DNA of 64,000 bases from an uncultured delta proteobacterium (GTDB lineage: Bacteria > Desulfobacterota > Binatia > UBA9968): NCBI GenBank assembly GCA_963816145.1, contig CAWFJP010000030.1:384001-448000 (forward strand). The letters are read 5' to 3'. Below are positions 10,157 to 20,252 of this stretch, in pieces. Position 1 is the first letter of the stretch. Each line of letters starts with the position of its first letter. The position numbers were made by a program, and so were the translations under genes. Below the pieces are notes generated by a model. It was not told the origin of the DNA, ran no database searches, and was given only the letters and a program-made list of their open reading frames with translations.

Positions 10157-11098
10157 CTACCCTTCGTGATTCTCCAAATACCTCTCCGCATCTATCGCCG
10201 CCATGCAGCCGCTGCCGGCGGCGGTAATCGCTTGGCGGTAAACATGGTCCTGGACATCGCCGCAGGCAAAGACACCGGGGATGTTGGTCTTGGTGCCATC
10301 GTGGGTGAAGATGTATCCGGTCGGATCTAGATCGAGCTGGCCGACGAACAGTTTAGAATTGGGTTCATGGCCGATGGCGATGAATAGGCCGTCGCATTTG
10401 AAGTCGGAAGTCTTGCCGGTTTTTAGGTTTTTGAACTTCAGTCCGGTCACGCCGCCGGCTTTGGGATCGCCGTAGACCTCTTCCACTGCGGTGTCCCAGA
10501 CAAAAGCTATTTTCGGATTTTTCTCGGCGCGTTCTTGCATGATCTTCGAAGCGCGCAGTTGATCGCGACGATGGACGACGGTTACTTTGCTGGCGAACTT
10601 GGTGAGAAACGTCGCCTCTTCCATCGCCGTGTCACCGCCGCCGACGACTACCAACTCTTTATCTTTGAAGAAAAAACCGTCGCAAGTGGCGCATGCCGAG
10701 ACGCCGTGGCCCATGAGTTTCATCTCGGATTCCAAGCCCAAAAGCTTGGCCGTCGCGCCCGTGGCGACAATCAACGTGTCGCAAGTGTAAATTTCTTTAC
10801 TGGCGGTGATTTTAAATGGCCGTTGTTTCAAATCGACGGCGGTCACTTCGCCGAAAAACGTTTCGGTGCCGAAACGTAGCGCCTGCTTCTTAAACTCCTC
10901 CATCAGCTCGGGCCCCATGATGCCCTTGGGAAAGCCGGGGAAATTCTCAACGTCAGTGGTAATAGTCAATTGCCCGCCAGGCTGCGAACCTTCGATGACC
11001 AATGGTTGGAGATTAGCGCGGGCAGCGTAGATCGCCGCGGTGAGGCCTGCGGCGCCGGAGCCAAGTATGATGACACGGTAGTGTCTTTGCTTATCCAT
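10157..11098 (-). CDS. trxB: Thioredoxin-disulfide reductase
   Basis: GSGAAG, GGQL, CATCDGFF, GGGDTAMEEA, YRQAITAAG. Confidence 0.96.
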   Translation of the reverse strand: MDKQRHYRVIILGSGAAGLTAAIYAARANLQPLVIEGSQPGGQLTITTDVENFPGFPKGIMGPELMEEFKKQALRFGTETFFGEVTAVDLKQRPFKITASKEIYTCDTLIVATGATAKLLGLESEMKLMGHGVSACATCDGFFFKDKELVVVGGGDTAMEEATFLTKFASKVTVVHRRDQLRASKIMQERAEKNPKIAFVWDTAVEEVYGDPKAGGVTGLKFKNLKTGKTSDFKCDGLFIAIGHEPNSKLFVGQLDLDPTGYIFTHDGTKTNIPGVFACGDVQDHVYRQAITAAGSGCMAAIDAERYLENHEG

Positions 11099-11249
11099 CC
11101 GGTTTCTGTAACATAAAAAGGACGAAGCAGAAAGCAATGGCGCGCTTCAGGATAATCGAAGATCATTTCGTTTAACCAAACCTATTCTTAAATTGAGTCG
11201 ACGTCCTGAGCGAAGCAAAGGATCTCGAATCAGAACCGAAACCAAGCCT

Positions 11250-11729
11250 ATGGCAAGACTCAGTCACTTGGACGAACAAGGGCGCGCGCGTATGGTCGAC
11301 GTGAGCGAAAAGGCAGTCACCAGCCGCATCGCCACCGCCTGCGGCACCATTCAAATGCGTCCGCAAACTCTGGCGCTGATTCTCGACGACAAGATCGAAA
11401 AGGGCGATGTGTTTTCGGTCGCTCGCGTCGCCGGCATCATGGCGGCAAAAAAAACTTCCGAACTGATCCCCATGTGCCATCCACTCAACATCACCTCGGT
11501 CGAAGTCGAGCTGACGCCAGCTAATAATCCCGCCCGCGTCGACATCGAGGCCTCGGTACGCGTCAGCGGTAAAACCGGCGTCGAGATGGAAGCAATGACC
11601 GCGGTGTCAGTCGCCGGACTGACGATCTATGACATGTGCAAAGCGGTTGACCGCGAAATGACCATCGGCGAGATCCGCCTAGTCAAAAAAAGCGGCGGCA
11701 AAAGCGGCACGTTCATCAGAAAGGAATAA
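11250..11729 (+). CDS. moaC: Cyclic pyranopterin monophosphate synthase
   Basis: [39 protein letters not shown]. Confidence 0.96.
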   Translation: MARLSHLDEQGRARMVDVSEKAVTSRIATACGTIQMRPQTLALILDDKIEKGDVFSVARVAGIMAAKKTSELIPMCHPLNITSVEVELTPANNPARVDIEASVRVSGKTGVEMEAMTAVSVAGLTIYDMCKAVDREMTIGEIRLVKKSGGKSGTFIRKE

Positions 11730-11847
11730 TTTTGGAAATGCGATTTTGGATTTTGGATTGTCGATGAGGCGGGGAGTTTGCGAGGATGCCCCTAGTGCAG
11801 ATACGTCCGGGATTCTAATCCAAAATCGAAAATCCAAAATCCAAAAT
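11729..11847. repeat. Inverted heptamer arrays (TTTTGGA)n...(TCCAAAA)n
   Basis: gattttggattttggatt ... aatccaaaatcgaaaatccaaaatccaaaat. Confidence 0.8.
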
Positions 11848-11852
11848 GACCG

Positions 11853-13028
11853 GTGTTGCATCTATTCCTCAAACCCACCCGCGACGTGCCGATCCGCCGC
11901 GGCCATCCGTGGATCTTCTCCGGCGCCATCGAGCGCTGCGAAGGCGACGATCAGGTTGTCGACGTCGCCGACATTTTCGACAACAAGAAAAACTGGATCG
12001 GCCGCGGCCTTTACAATCCCAAGTCGCAGTTGCGCGTGCGCCTGCTCACCTGGAAAAAAGAGACCATCGATCAGGGCTTCTTTGCCGCTCGCTTGTCCCA
12101 AGCCTTGGACTTTCGCAGTGAGCAACTCGGCGCGGCGAATAATGCCTACCGGCTGATTAATGGCGAGGGCGATTTTCTCCCAGGGTTGATCGTCGACCGT
12201 TACGGCGATTATTTCGTCTGCCAGTTTTATACCGCCGGCATGGAGTCGTTCAAAGAAGAGATCGTCGCCGCGTTGTCGGCGCTTGCGCCAATGACGGGCA
12301 TCTTCGAGCGCAGCGAGGGCCGGGTGCGCGAAGAAGAAGGGCTCGAAGCCGCCGTTGGTGTTCTCGCCGGCGCACCGCCGCCGGAGACGTTTGCCATCGA
12401 AGAGAACGGCCGAAAATTTCTCGTCGACATCCGCCGTGGCCAGAAAACCGGCTTCTTTCTCGATCAACGCGACAGCCGCCAGTTTCTTTCGACGCTAACC
12501 CGCGGCCGCTCGGTATTGAACTGTTTTGCCTACACCGGTGGCTTTTCGGTCCAAGCCTATGCCGGCGGTGCCAAGGAAGTCGTTACCTTCGATTCTTCCT
12601 TGCCGGCCTTGGAGCTCGCCGAGAAAAATTTGGCACTGAACGGCTACGCCGACGCGCCAGGCGAAGTCATCAAAGGCGATGCCTTCGCGTATTTGAAAGA
12701 AACCGACAGCAAATTCGACGTGATCGTCCTCGACCCGCCGTCGCTGGCACATCGGCGCGGCGACTTGGACGCCGCCACCGGCGGCTACAAGTTTTTAAAC
12801 TTGCACGCGCTCAAACATCTCAATCCCGGCGGCATCCTGTTGACCTTTTCCTGCTCGCAGCATTTGCCGAGAGAGCTGTTTCAAAAAGTCGTCTTCGGCG
12901 CCGCCGTCGACGCCGGCACAAAAGTAACCATCATCAAACAACTGGGCCATCCGATTGACCATCCGGTCAGCTTACACCACCCGGAGGGCGAGTACCTGAA
13001 AGGACTCGCGCTTCGCGTGATGGACTAA
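11853..13028 (+). CDS. rlmI: RlmI/RlmK-family 23S rRNA methyltransferase
   Basis: GHPWIFSG PUA domain, GQKTGFFLDQR, FAYTGGF, LDPP, FSCS, YLKG. Confidence 0.88.
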   Translation: MLHLFLKPTRDVPIRRGHPWIFSGAIERCEGDDQVVDVADIFDNKKNWIGRGLYNPKSQLRVRLLTWKKETIDQGFFAARLSQALDFRSEQLGAANNAYRLINGEGDFLPGLIVDRYGDYFVCQFYTAGMESFKEEIVAALSALAPMTGIFERSEGRVREEEGLEAAVGVLAGAPPPETFAIEENGRKFLVDIRRGQKTGFFLDQRDSRQFLSTLTRGRSVLNCFAYTGGFSVQAYAGGAKEVVTFDSSLPALELAEKNLALNGYADAPGEVIKGDAFAYLKETDSKFDVIVLDPPSLAHRRGDLDAATGGYKFLNLHALKHLNPGGILLTFSCSQHLPRELFQKVVFGAAVDAGTKVTIIKQLGHPIDHPVSLHHPEGEYLKGLALRVMD

Positions 13029-13045
13029 AACTCAACCCCCGCTGT

Positions 13046-13138
13046 TGTCACCCTAGAGCGAATGCGCAGGATATCGTTAAAGAACCTTCGCGACGAATTC
13101 CCATGAAGAGATTTCTCGGCCGCGCCTCGAAATGACAG
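13046..13138. repeat. REP-like palindromic pair (GTCA...ATCT / AGAT...TGAC family)
   Basis: tgtcaccctagagcg... and gagatttctcggccgcgcctcgaaatgacag; related halves near 11201-11227, 14020-14047 and 23602-23685. Confidence 0.55.
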
Positions 13139-13263
13139 AACAGAGTGTCGGCGCGCCTGGAACCCACCGACAATTTCCCTTTGAGACCTAGCTCTTACTG
13201 TGGTAGACGAATCACGCAACTGCGGGCTCTCTGACCGCGTTGACGTTGGGTCGCGAGGAGTTC

Positions 13264-13956
13264 ATGGCCTCATCGTACACCATCAAAGAATGGCCCGAAG
13301 AAGACCGGCCGCGGGAAAAACTACTCGCCAAGGGGGCGCCGGCGCTGAGCGAGACCGAGCTCCTGGCGATCATCCTGCGCAATGGCGACGCCGCGAGCGG
13401 TAACAGCGCCATCGATCATGCACGGCTTCTGCTCAATCAATTTGGCGGACTTAAGGGAATCGACGAGGCAGCGATCGCCGAACTGAGCAGCATCAAAGGC
13501 ATCGGCCCGGCCAAAGTCGCCCAGCTCAAAGCCTGCTTGGAGATCGGCAAGCGCATCGGCAGCCAAAAATGGGAGACCGGGCAGCCGCTCCAGTCCGCCG
13601 AAGATGTTTTTCACCATTTTCGCGAAACCTTGGGTCGGGAGAAGCGCGAATTTTTCTACGTCGTTCTGCTCAACAACAAAAATCGCAAGATGCGCGAGGT
13701 CAAAGTTTCCGAAGGGTCGCTGACCGCATCGCTGGTCCACCCGCGCGAAGTCTACAATCCAGTCATCCGCGAATCGGCCGCGGGCGTCATCTTCGTGCAC
13801 AATCATCCGAGCGGCGATCCGGCGCCAAGCCGCGAAGACATCGACATCACCAAGCGTTTGAAAGACGTGGGCGATGTCATGGGCGTGCGCGTGCTCGACC
13901 ATGTTGTGATCGGCCATGACCGCTACTTTAGCTTCAGCGATAAAGGCATGCTTTAA
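13264..13956 (+). CDS. radC: RadC family protein
   Basis: RPREKL, LSETELLAIIL, GIGPAK, VHPREV, HNHPSGDP, LDHVVIG. Confidence 0.93.
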   Translation: MASSYTIKEWPEEDRPREKLLAKGAPALSETELLAIILRNGDAASGNSAIDHARLLLNQFGGLKGIDEAAIAELSSIKGIGPAKVAQLKACLEIGKRIGSQKWETGQPLQSAEDVFHHFRETLGREKREFFYVVLLNNKNRKMREVKVSEGSLTASLVHPREVYNPVIRESAAGVIFVHNHPSGDPAPSREDIDITKRLKDVGDVMGVRVLDHVVIGHDRYFSFSDKGML

Positions 13957-14173
13957 ATCGCGATTCCTGCACAATAAAATTTCCACCCATACCCAGCTTC
14001 ATCCCCGGGTCGGACAACTTGTCATTTCGACCGCAGGGAGAAATCTCTTTCATGCAGCGCGCTATGAATCGAGATTAGCTGCTAATGCCGGGGATTTGAT
14101 TGACATCACTACCGACGGCGTTTATCTTGATTGCACTATCTCAGAGCCTTTCCAATATCTTTTAATATAAAAA

Positions 14174-15604
14174 ATGAGCGCACTTGAACTAGGCAGACCC
14201 AAAAGGAGTTTCGTCCCCGGGCGAGGCGTGATCTACGTGCTACTTTTCGCCATCGTTGCGGCTGGCGGCTATTTTCTGATTCCGCGCTTCGAGTGGCGCA
14301 AACCGCAGATCAAAATTACCCCCGACAGTGAGACCCTTGGCCTGGGATCGTTGCAGATCGAAGTCACCGATCAAGGCACCGGGTTAAAGTCGTTTTCCGC
14401 CGTGCTCACTGCCGGCGGCACCGATTACCCTTTGGCCGCCGAACAGTACACCGAACCGACACAGCAAAAAAAACTTACGGTCGCGCTGTCGTCTAAGCTC
14501 GCTGGCTTGAAGGAAGGGCCGGCGGTACTGCGGGTCAGTGCGCGCGATAATTCGTTGTGGAACCTGTTCCGTGGCAACGAGACCGTACTGCAGAAAAACA
14601 TTACCATTGACATTACCCCGCCAACCATCGAGATCATCGCCGACGACCGTTACGTCAATTTCGGCGGTGTCGGCTTGATCGTTTACAAACCTTCGCCGGA
14701 CACGGTGACGACAGGGATAAAGATCGGCAGCTACTTTTTCCCTGGCTATAAAGGGCAGATCAAGAGCCAACCCGAGCACTACATCGCCTTTTTCGCCCAT
14801 GCCTACAACGTCGGCGAGGATGAGCGTGCCACGCTGGTTGCCACCGATAAAGCCGGCAACACTAGAGAAGTACGCCTCGCTTATACGCTCAAGAACGTCA
14901 AATACAAAAAGAGCACGCTGCAGATCTCCGAGGATTTTCTCCGCAATAAAGTCACCCCTCTGGTGACCGACGTCGCCGCGCGCCAGGGAACTCCCAAAGA
15001 AATCTTCATCAAAGTAAACAAAGTGCTGCGCAAGGAAAACGAAGACAAGATCAAAGCGATCACCGAAAAGTCGACGCCGTCGATCCTTTGGCAAGGCGCC
15101 TTCAGCCAGCTCAGCAATTCCAAAGTCGAGGCCAATTTCGCCGACGCACGGACCTACATCTACAACGGAGAGGAAATCGATCAGGCCTACCATCTGGGCT
15201 ATGACCTCTCGGTCACCAAACATTACCCAGCTGAAGCGGCGAATCATGGAGTAATCGCCTTTGTCGGCGATTTGGGCATCTACGGCAACACGGTGATCAT
15301 CGACCACGGGCTCGGGTTATTCACCCTTTATTCGCATCTGAGTTCCATCGAGGTCAAAGTCGGCGACAAGGTCAAGCAGAGACAGCCCATCGGCAAGACC
15401 GGCGAAACCGGCTTTGCCGGCGGCGATCACTTGCACTTCGGCGTCTATCTTCACGGCGTCGCGATCCTGCCGGTGGAATGGTGGGATCAGAAATGGATCA
15501 AGGACAATATCCAGCCCAAACTCGACGGCCTGACCGGCGAAAGCACAGCGGAAGCGCAAGAAACCAAAACCACCCATAAGCCCGCACGCAAACGGCGCCG
15601 ATAA
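14174..15604 (+). CDS. M23 family metallopeptidase, membrane-anchored
   Basis: HLGYD, YGNTVIIDHG, YSHLS, GDHLHF; N-terminal TM segment. Confidence 0.9.
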   Translation: MSALELGRPKRSFVPGRGVIYVLLFAIVAAGGYFLIPRFEWRKPQIKITPDSETLGLGSLQIEVTDQGTGLKSFSAVLTAGGTDYPLAAEQYTEPTQQKKLTVALSSKLAGLKEGPAVLRVSARDNSLWNLFRGNETVLQKNITIDITPPTIEIIADDRYVNFGGVGLIVYKPSPDTVTTGIKIGSYFFPGYKGQIKSQPEHYIAFFAHAYNVGEDERATLVATDKAGNTREVRLAYTLKNVKYKKSTLQISEDFLRNKVTPLVTDVAARQGTPKEIFIKVNKVLRKENEDKIKAITEKSTPSILWQGAFSQLSNSKVEANFADARTYIYNGEEIDQAYHLGYDLSVTKHYPAEAANHGVIAFVGDLGIYGNTVIIDHGLGLFTLYSHLSSIEVKVGDKVKQRQPIGKTGETGFAGGDHLHFGVYLHGVAILPVEWWDQKWIKDNIQPKLDGLTGESTAEAQETKTTHKPARKRRR

Positions 15605-15671
15605 GCTACCGCAGTGCAGCATTGGTCCGCTCTACTGTTTTTAAATATTGCGAAAAATCGGAAATTCGCCG

Positions 15672-16871
15672 TCAACTGCGCCGCTGTACCAGCAGGATAA
15701 AACAGATCAAAGACGCCATCAGGGGGAAAATCGCGATGGCGGTAACCGCGGTGGGCAGGCCGTAATTATCCGCAACGATTCCAGCCATCAACGGCGCCAA
15801 AAATGACAGTCCCATATTGGCGCCGTAGATAAGCGCAACGATACTGCCGGACAGCTGTTGCGGTGCCTCGGACATTGCCGCCGAAACGATTACTGGCCTT
15901 AGCGCCCAGAGCAGCGCGCCTAAAAGGCCCAAACCGGCAACCAAGACAATTCCCGAGCCCAAGTGCGGGATCGCCACCACCATGGCGACGCTGAGCAGGG
16001 AAAACAGCACAATCAGATAGCGATGGCCGATACGGTCGGAAACCCAACCGACCAGCGCCGGCGCCACCCCGGCACAGAGAAACAAGATCGACATATAAGC
16101 GCCGGTCAGCGCCGCCGGCAGCTTGAGGTGCAACAAGAGGTACAAAGGCAGGAACGACGCCAACGCCGTCTGGCCCATGGCGCGCAAGGTCGATACTGCG
16201 ACGAGCCCGCAGACGGTTTTGTTCTTGAGCACGTCATTCCAGATCGCCTTGCGATAGTCACGCGCGCGCGGCACCGCGAGCGTGCCTTCGGAACCTGCGA
16301 CAGCGTACAGTGCACCCACTACCAAACCCGGAATCGCCCAAAACAACAACGCAGTGCGCCAATCGAAAAAATTGAGCATCAAGCCGATCGCGAGCGGCCC
16401 GATGACTTCGCCAAGATTGGCGCTGCTGTCATGAACGCCCAGAGCAAACGCCTTCCGGGTACGATATTTCTCCGACAATATCGCCAAGGACTGTGGATGA
16501 AACCAACCACCGCCAAATCCGCCGAGCCCCATGAAAACCATCAACAGCGGGAAACTGTAGGCCGCGCTCAACCCCAGTGACGCCAAACCAATCAAGGCGA
16601 CACAGCCACCCAATAAGAGATTTCTCCGGCTCGCCAAGTCGGCTAAGAAACCCGAGGGAAAGCTCGCGACGCCAGCCATCAGCGTGCGGATCGAGGCCAG
16701 CGCGCCAGCCTGCGACATGCTCAGCCCCAACGACGCGGTGATCAGCGGCAGAATAACGCTGACCACGGCATTGAACAGATGCTCGGTCATATGCGCCGTG
16801 CAATTTGCAGCAAGCCGGCCCCAGTTAGCCACCGGCAGGCTTATAGCTTCGATATTTTCGGCTTTTGACAA
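15672..16871 (-). CDS. MFS transporter (Fsr-like)
   Basis: Many hydrophobic segments; GFLADL, FHP, GWVSDRIG; probable TTG start at 16871 with GAGG upstream. Confidence 0.85.
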   Translation of the reverse strand: MSKAENIEAISLPVANWGRLAANCTAHMTEHLFNAVVSVILPLITASLGLSMSQAGALASIRTLMAGVASFPSGFLADLASRRNLLLGGCVALIGLASLGLSAAYSFPLLMVFMGLGGFGGGWFHPQSLAILSEKYRTRKAFALGVHDSSANLGEVIGPLAIGLMLNFFDWRTALLFWAIPGLVVGALYAVAGSEGTLAVPRARDYRKAIWNDVLKNKTVCGLVAVSTLRAMGQTALASFLPLYLLLHLKLPAALTGAYMSILFLCAGVAPALVGWVSDRIGHRYLIVLFSLLSVAMVVAIPHLGSGIVLVAGLGLLGALLWALRPVIVSAAMSEAPQQLSGSIVALIYGANMGLSFLAPLMAGIVADNYGLPTAVTAIAIFPLMASLICFILLVQRRS

Positions 16872-16966
16872 ACTCTCATCCTCATAAGTTTTCCCAGTTT
16901 CATATGCCGAATTGGCAATTGTCGCAAGTTCATTTGACCATCTCGGAGCAAACCCTTGACCCAGGA

Positions 16967-17191
16967 TCAATCGATCTCGACGAGTTTTTTGCGCGCTGAC
17001 CGGCCGCGGACAATCCTCACAGTGGACTTGGGAACCGCGAGGAATTCAGCCAACGCTTCGATCACAGCGCGGTTGGCTGCGCCTTCTTGGGCCGGCGCCC
17101 GAACGGTAACAAGAAACTCAGCTTCGGAAATTTTCTCGACACTGGCATGCCGAGCATTGGGCTTGACCGTGACCAAAAATTTCCGCGCCAT
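16967..17191 (-). CDS. DUF167/YggU family protein
   Basis: VTVKPNAR...APAQEGAANRAVIEALA...GRSARKK. Confidence 0.88.
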   Translation of the reverse strand: MARKFLVTVKPNARHASVEKISEAEFLVTVRAPAQEGAANRAVIEALAEFLAVPKSTVRIVRGRSARKKLVEID

Positions 17192-17248
17192 GGCTCGGAG
17201 ATTAGCGCCATTGGGCGCGTGGTCAACCCTTAAGTTGAATGGAAACGA

Positions 17249-17725
17249 TCAACCTGCTTGCTTGTGCACCATCTCGAGCAGTTGCTGGTAGGACTTGAGC
17301 AAATCGGTGGAGGTCACGATGCCGCAGATCGAGCCGTCGTCGTCGACCACCGGCAGGCAATTGATACGCTTCGAAAGGATTTTGGAAACCGCATCGAGGA
17401 TCGAGGTGTCGCGCTTCACGGTGATCGGATTGCGCGTCATGATTTGGTCGAGCGACTTCCCTCGTGAATTGGGATTGCGCGCCAGGCTCCGCAGAATGTC
17501 CCGGTCGGAAATAATACCAGCCAGCTTGCCATGAACGTCGACCACGATACAGTGGCGGAAGTGGCGATCGTTCATCAACCGCACCACCTCGTCGAAGCCA
17601 TGATGCGTGCTCAAGGTCACGACTCTGGCGACCATCACGTCGGCCACTTCCGTGGGACCGATGACTAAAGAAACCTTACCCGGCTGCGAGTCTCGGGACG
17701 ATTTTTCGCTTAAGCTTTGAAGCAT
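17249..17725 (-). CDS. CBS-domain pair protein
   Basis: VADVM...GIISDRD and IMTRNPIT...LPVVD...GIVTSTD. Confidence 0.85.
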   Translation of the reverse strand: MLQSLSEKSSRDSQPGKVSLVIGPTEVADVMVARVVTLSTHHGFDEVVRLMNDRHFRHCIVVDVHGKLAGIISDRDILRSLARNPNSRGKSLDQIMTRNPITVKRDTSILDAVSKILSKRINCLPVVDDDGSICGIVTSTDLLKSYQQLLEMVHKQAG

Positions 17726-18071
17726 AGGGCAACCTCTCAATCTGAGCGCTTAGAAGAATCTGCTGGACAACAACTAGGAGTTTTTAGCAATTCTCACACC
17801 AGCTTCTCCGCAAACCGGACCCAGCCTGCCAGGGCGACGAGCGATACACCGATTCCAAAGAGGCTTCGAAGAAGGCCAGCAATGGGAAAAAAGTTCCTTT
17901 AAAGTACCGGCAAAGTCTGTCCAACCTAGTCGAAAGATGTCAATTTTCTGTGGCTCAATCCGCAAAATTGAATGATAGCGGGGCGCGCCGCTAATTTCTC
18001 CAGTCATCTATCTCTCCCATGAGCCCTATGCTAAAAGGTTGCTCGACTGGATAATTTAGGGGAGGTCATGA

Positions 18072-19133
18072 ATGACCCTTATTCTCAACAACAACGACGT
18101 TCAGAAGGCGCTCACTGTGAAAGATTGTCTGAATGTCATGGAGGACTCTTACCGCGAGCAGGCCGAAAGCCGCGCCGTCAACCGGCCGACATGCCATTCC
18201 TATCTGCCGCACTCATTGCCCAACTCGACTTATAGTTTTAAGTCCGTCGATGGCGGTGTCGGCAAGTACGGTGTCTTGGCCTTGCGCGTCACTTCGGACG
18301 TCGTCCAAGAACAAGAAATCCATGGCACCGTGCGCCTGGAAAAAATCCCACTGGCGGGGAAAGGACTATTCGTCGGCCTGGTGCAACTTTACAGCTCGGA
18401 GACCGGCGAGCTGTTAGCCATCATGCCCGACGGCTTGATCCAGCAAACCCGCGTCGGCGTCACCAGCGCGCTCGGGATGAAAGTCATGGCGCGAAACAAT
18501 TCCGAGACATTAGGCCTTATCGGCTCCGGCGGCCAGGCCAAAGCGCATTACCGCTACATGACCGCGGTGATGCCGGTCAAAAAAGTCAAAGTCTTCAGCC
18601 CAAATGCCGAGCACTGTAAAGTCTTCGTCGCCGAGATGGAAAAGGAAACCGGCGTGGCCGGCGAACCGGTGGCAAGCCCGGAGCAGGCAGTGCGCGGCTG
18701 CGATGTGATTTGCAGCGCGACCAATTCATCGCGCCCGGTGGTTAAGCTCGATTGGCTCGAAGCCGGTATGCACTACAACTCGATCCGTGAGTTCGAAACC
18801 GATCTCGCCGTCTTAGACAAATGCGATCCGATCGCGATCCACACCAACTTTGGCGGCATTCAGCACTTCCAACCGCCAGGAATCAACGAGGACATGCCCG
18901 GTGTGCGCCGTGAGAAACCGCGCGATTGGTCGAAGTATCCCGAGATTTGCGACTTGATTGCCGGCAAAGCGCCGAGCCGGACCAACGATAAGCAGATCAG
19001 TTTTTTCTTGAACAACGTCGGCACCGGCGTTCAATTCGCCGCCATGGGCTACTGCGCCTACAAAGCCGCCAAAGAGAACGGCATGGGGCATGAGATCCCG
19101 AGCGAATGGTTTATGCAGGATATCAAGCCGTAA
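18072..19133 (+). CDS. Ornithine cyclodeaminase/mu-crystallin family protein
   Basis: TGELLAIM, RVGVTS, IGSGGQA, SATNS, GTGVQFAA; GGAGG RBS. Confidence 0.85.
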   Translation: MTLILNNNDVQKALTVKDCLNVMEDSYREQAESRAVNRPTCHSYLPHSLPNSTYSFKSVDGGVGKYGVLALRVTSDVVQEQEIHGTVRLEKIPLAGKGLFVGLVQLYSSETGELLAIMPDGLIQQTRVGVTSALGMKVMARNNSETLGLIGSGGQAKAHYRYMTAVMPVKKVKVFSPNAEHCKVFVAEMEKETGVAGEPVASPEQAVRGCDVICSATNSSRPVVKLDWLEAGMHYNSIREFETDLAVLDKCDPIAIHTNFGGIQHFQPPGINEDMPGVRREKPRDWSKYPEICDLIAGKAPSRTNDKQISFFLNNVGTGVQFAAMGYCAYKAAKENGMGHEIPSEWFMQDIKP

Positions 19134-19149
19134 ACGAGAAATTGCCCGC

Positions 19150-20184
19150 TTACCGGCCCATCAATTTCTTGAGTTTGTCCACCACATCCTTAGGCTGAGA
19201 CATGACCTCAGTCGCCAAGGCCTGCACTTCTTCACCGGTGGTCGGATCCATGTCCAACCGCTTCTTCTTGGTCTCGGCGAGAAAATCCGGGTCTTTCATG
19301 GTTTTGGTAAAGGCGTCGCGCAGCATTTTCACCACCTCGGCAGGTATCTTGGGCGGTGCCATGTAGGGGCGATGAAATTCCCCGGAGGCCAATAGCGCCG
19401 TTGCCAAGCGCCGGCCGGTTTCCGTGGTTTTGTACTTGTCCATCAACTCGTAAACCGTCGGCACATTGGCGAGCTTCTCAAGCCTAACTTTTCCACCTTG
19501 CATCAGTTCGCGTGAAAAGCCGTTCTTGCGCCAAGTGAGAAAAGGCTCCCGCGAAAAATACGCCTCGGTGCTAAGTGACCGGCAAACGATCTCGCCGCGC
19601 TCGACGCCAAGATCGATCTCATTGCCGCCTTGATAGCCGGCTACGACGTTAAATCTCGCGCCGACGGTTTCCTCCAACAATTTCGGTACAAAGTACCCCA
19701 TATTGCTTAAGCCGGTGGTGCCGCACTTGGGCGGTTCCTTGGCGTTGCGCACGTCTTCGATCGACTTGAACGGTGCGTCGGCGCGCATGTAAAGCACCTG
19801 CGGCGACTTGGTCGCGTTGCCGATCCAGTTAAACTTGGTCCAGTCGAACTTGACTTCAGAACGGCCAATCAACTGCTCGAAATAAAGCCCGGCATTGATC
19901 GCCCCCATCGTCAGCCCATCCGGCTTGGCGACGTTGTACACATAATTCGCAGCAATCATATGGCCGGCGCCCGGCATATTCTGCACAATGATGTTGGGAC
20001 TACCTGGCAAGTATTTGCCCATGAATAAAGCGATGGACCGAGCATATAGATCGTACAGATCGCCAGCCACAGTGCCGACGATGATGGTCACGGTCTTTCC
20101 CTGAAAATAGGGAGTTTGACCGTAGGCTGGAAAAATCACGAATGAATTGATCGCGAAGAACAACAGAGCAGGTTTAATTCTCAT
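19150..20184 (-). CDS. TctC/Bug-family solute-binding protein
   Basis: Signal peptide; IIVQNMPGAG, AKPDGLT, GYQGG, ERGE. Confidence 0.87.
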   Translation of the reverse strand: MRIKPALLFFAINSFVIFPAYGQTPYFQGKTVTIIVGTVAGDLYDLYARSIALFMGKYLPGSPNIIVQNMPGAGHMIAANYVYNVAKPDGLTMGAINAGLYFEQLIGRSEVKFDWTKFNWIGNATKSPQVLYMRADAPFKSIEDVRNAKEPPKCGTTGLSNMGYFVPKLLEETVGARFNVVAGYQGGNEIDLGVERGEIVCRSLSTEAYFSREPFLTWRKNGFSRELMQGGKVRLEKLANVPTVYELMDKYKTTETGRRLATALLASGEFHRPYMAPPKIPAEVVKMLRDAFTKTMKDPDFLAETKKKRLDMDPTTGEEVQALATEVMSQPKDVVDKLKKLMGR

Positions 20185-20252
20185 TGTTTCACTTTCCTCC
20201 TTTGGCCGACGATGGAACTTTTGTTTCGTGGAACCTCGCGCATTTTTTCCGG

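Noticed and set aside
13264-13956. radC as a marker of a mobile element
   Set aside because: Full-length form among housekeeping genes; no integrase or att site nearby
17796-17897. Short hydrophobic minus-strand frame (NFFPIAGLLRSLFGIGVSLVALAGWVRFAEKLV)
   Set aside because: No usable start codon; an in-frame stop lies just upstream
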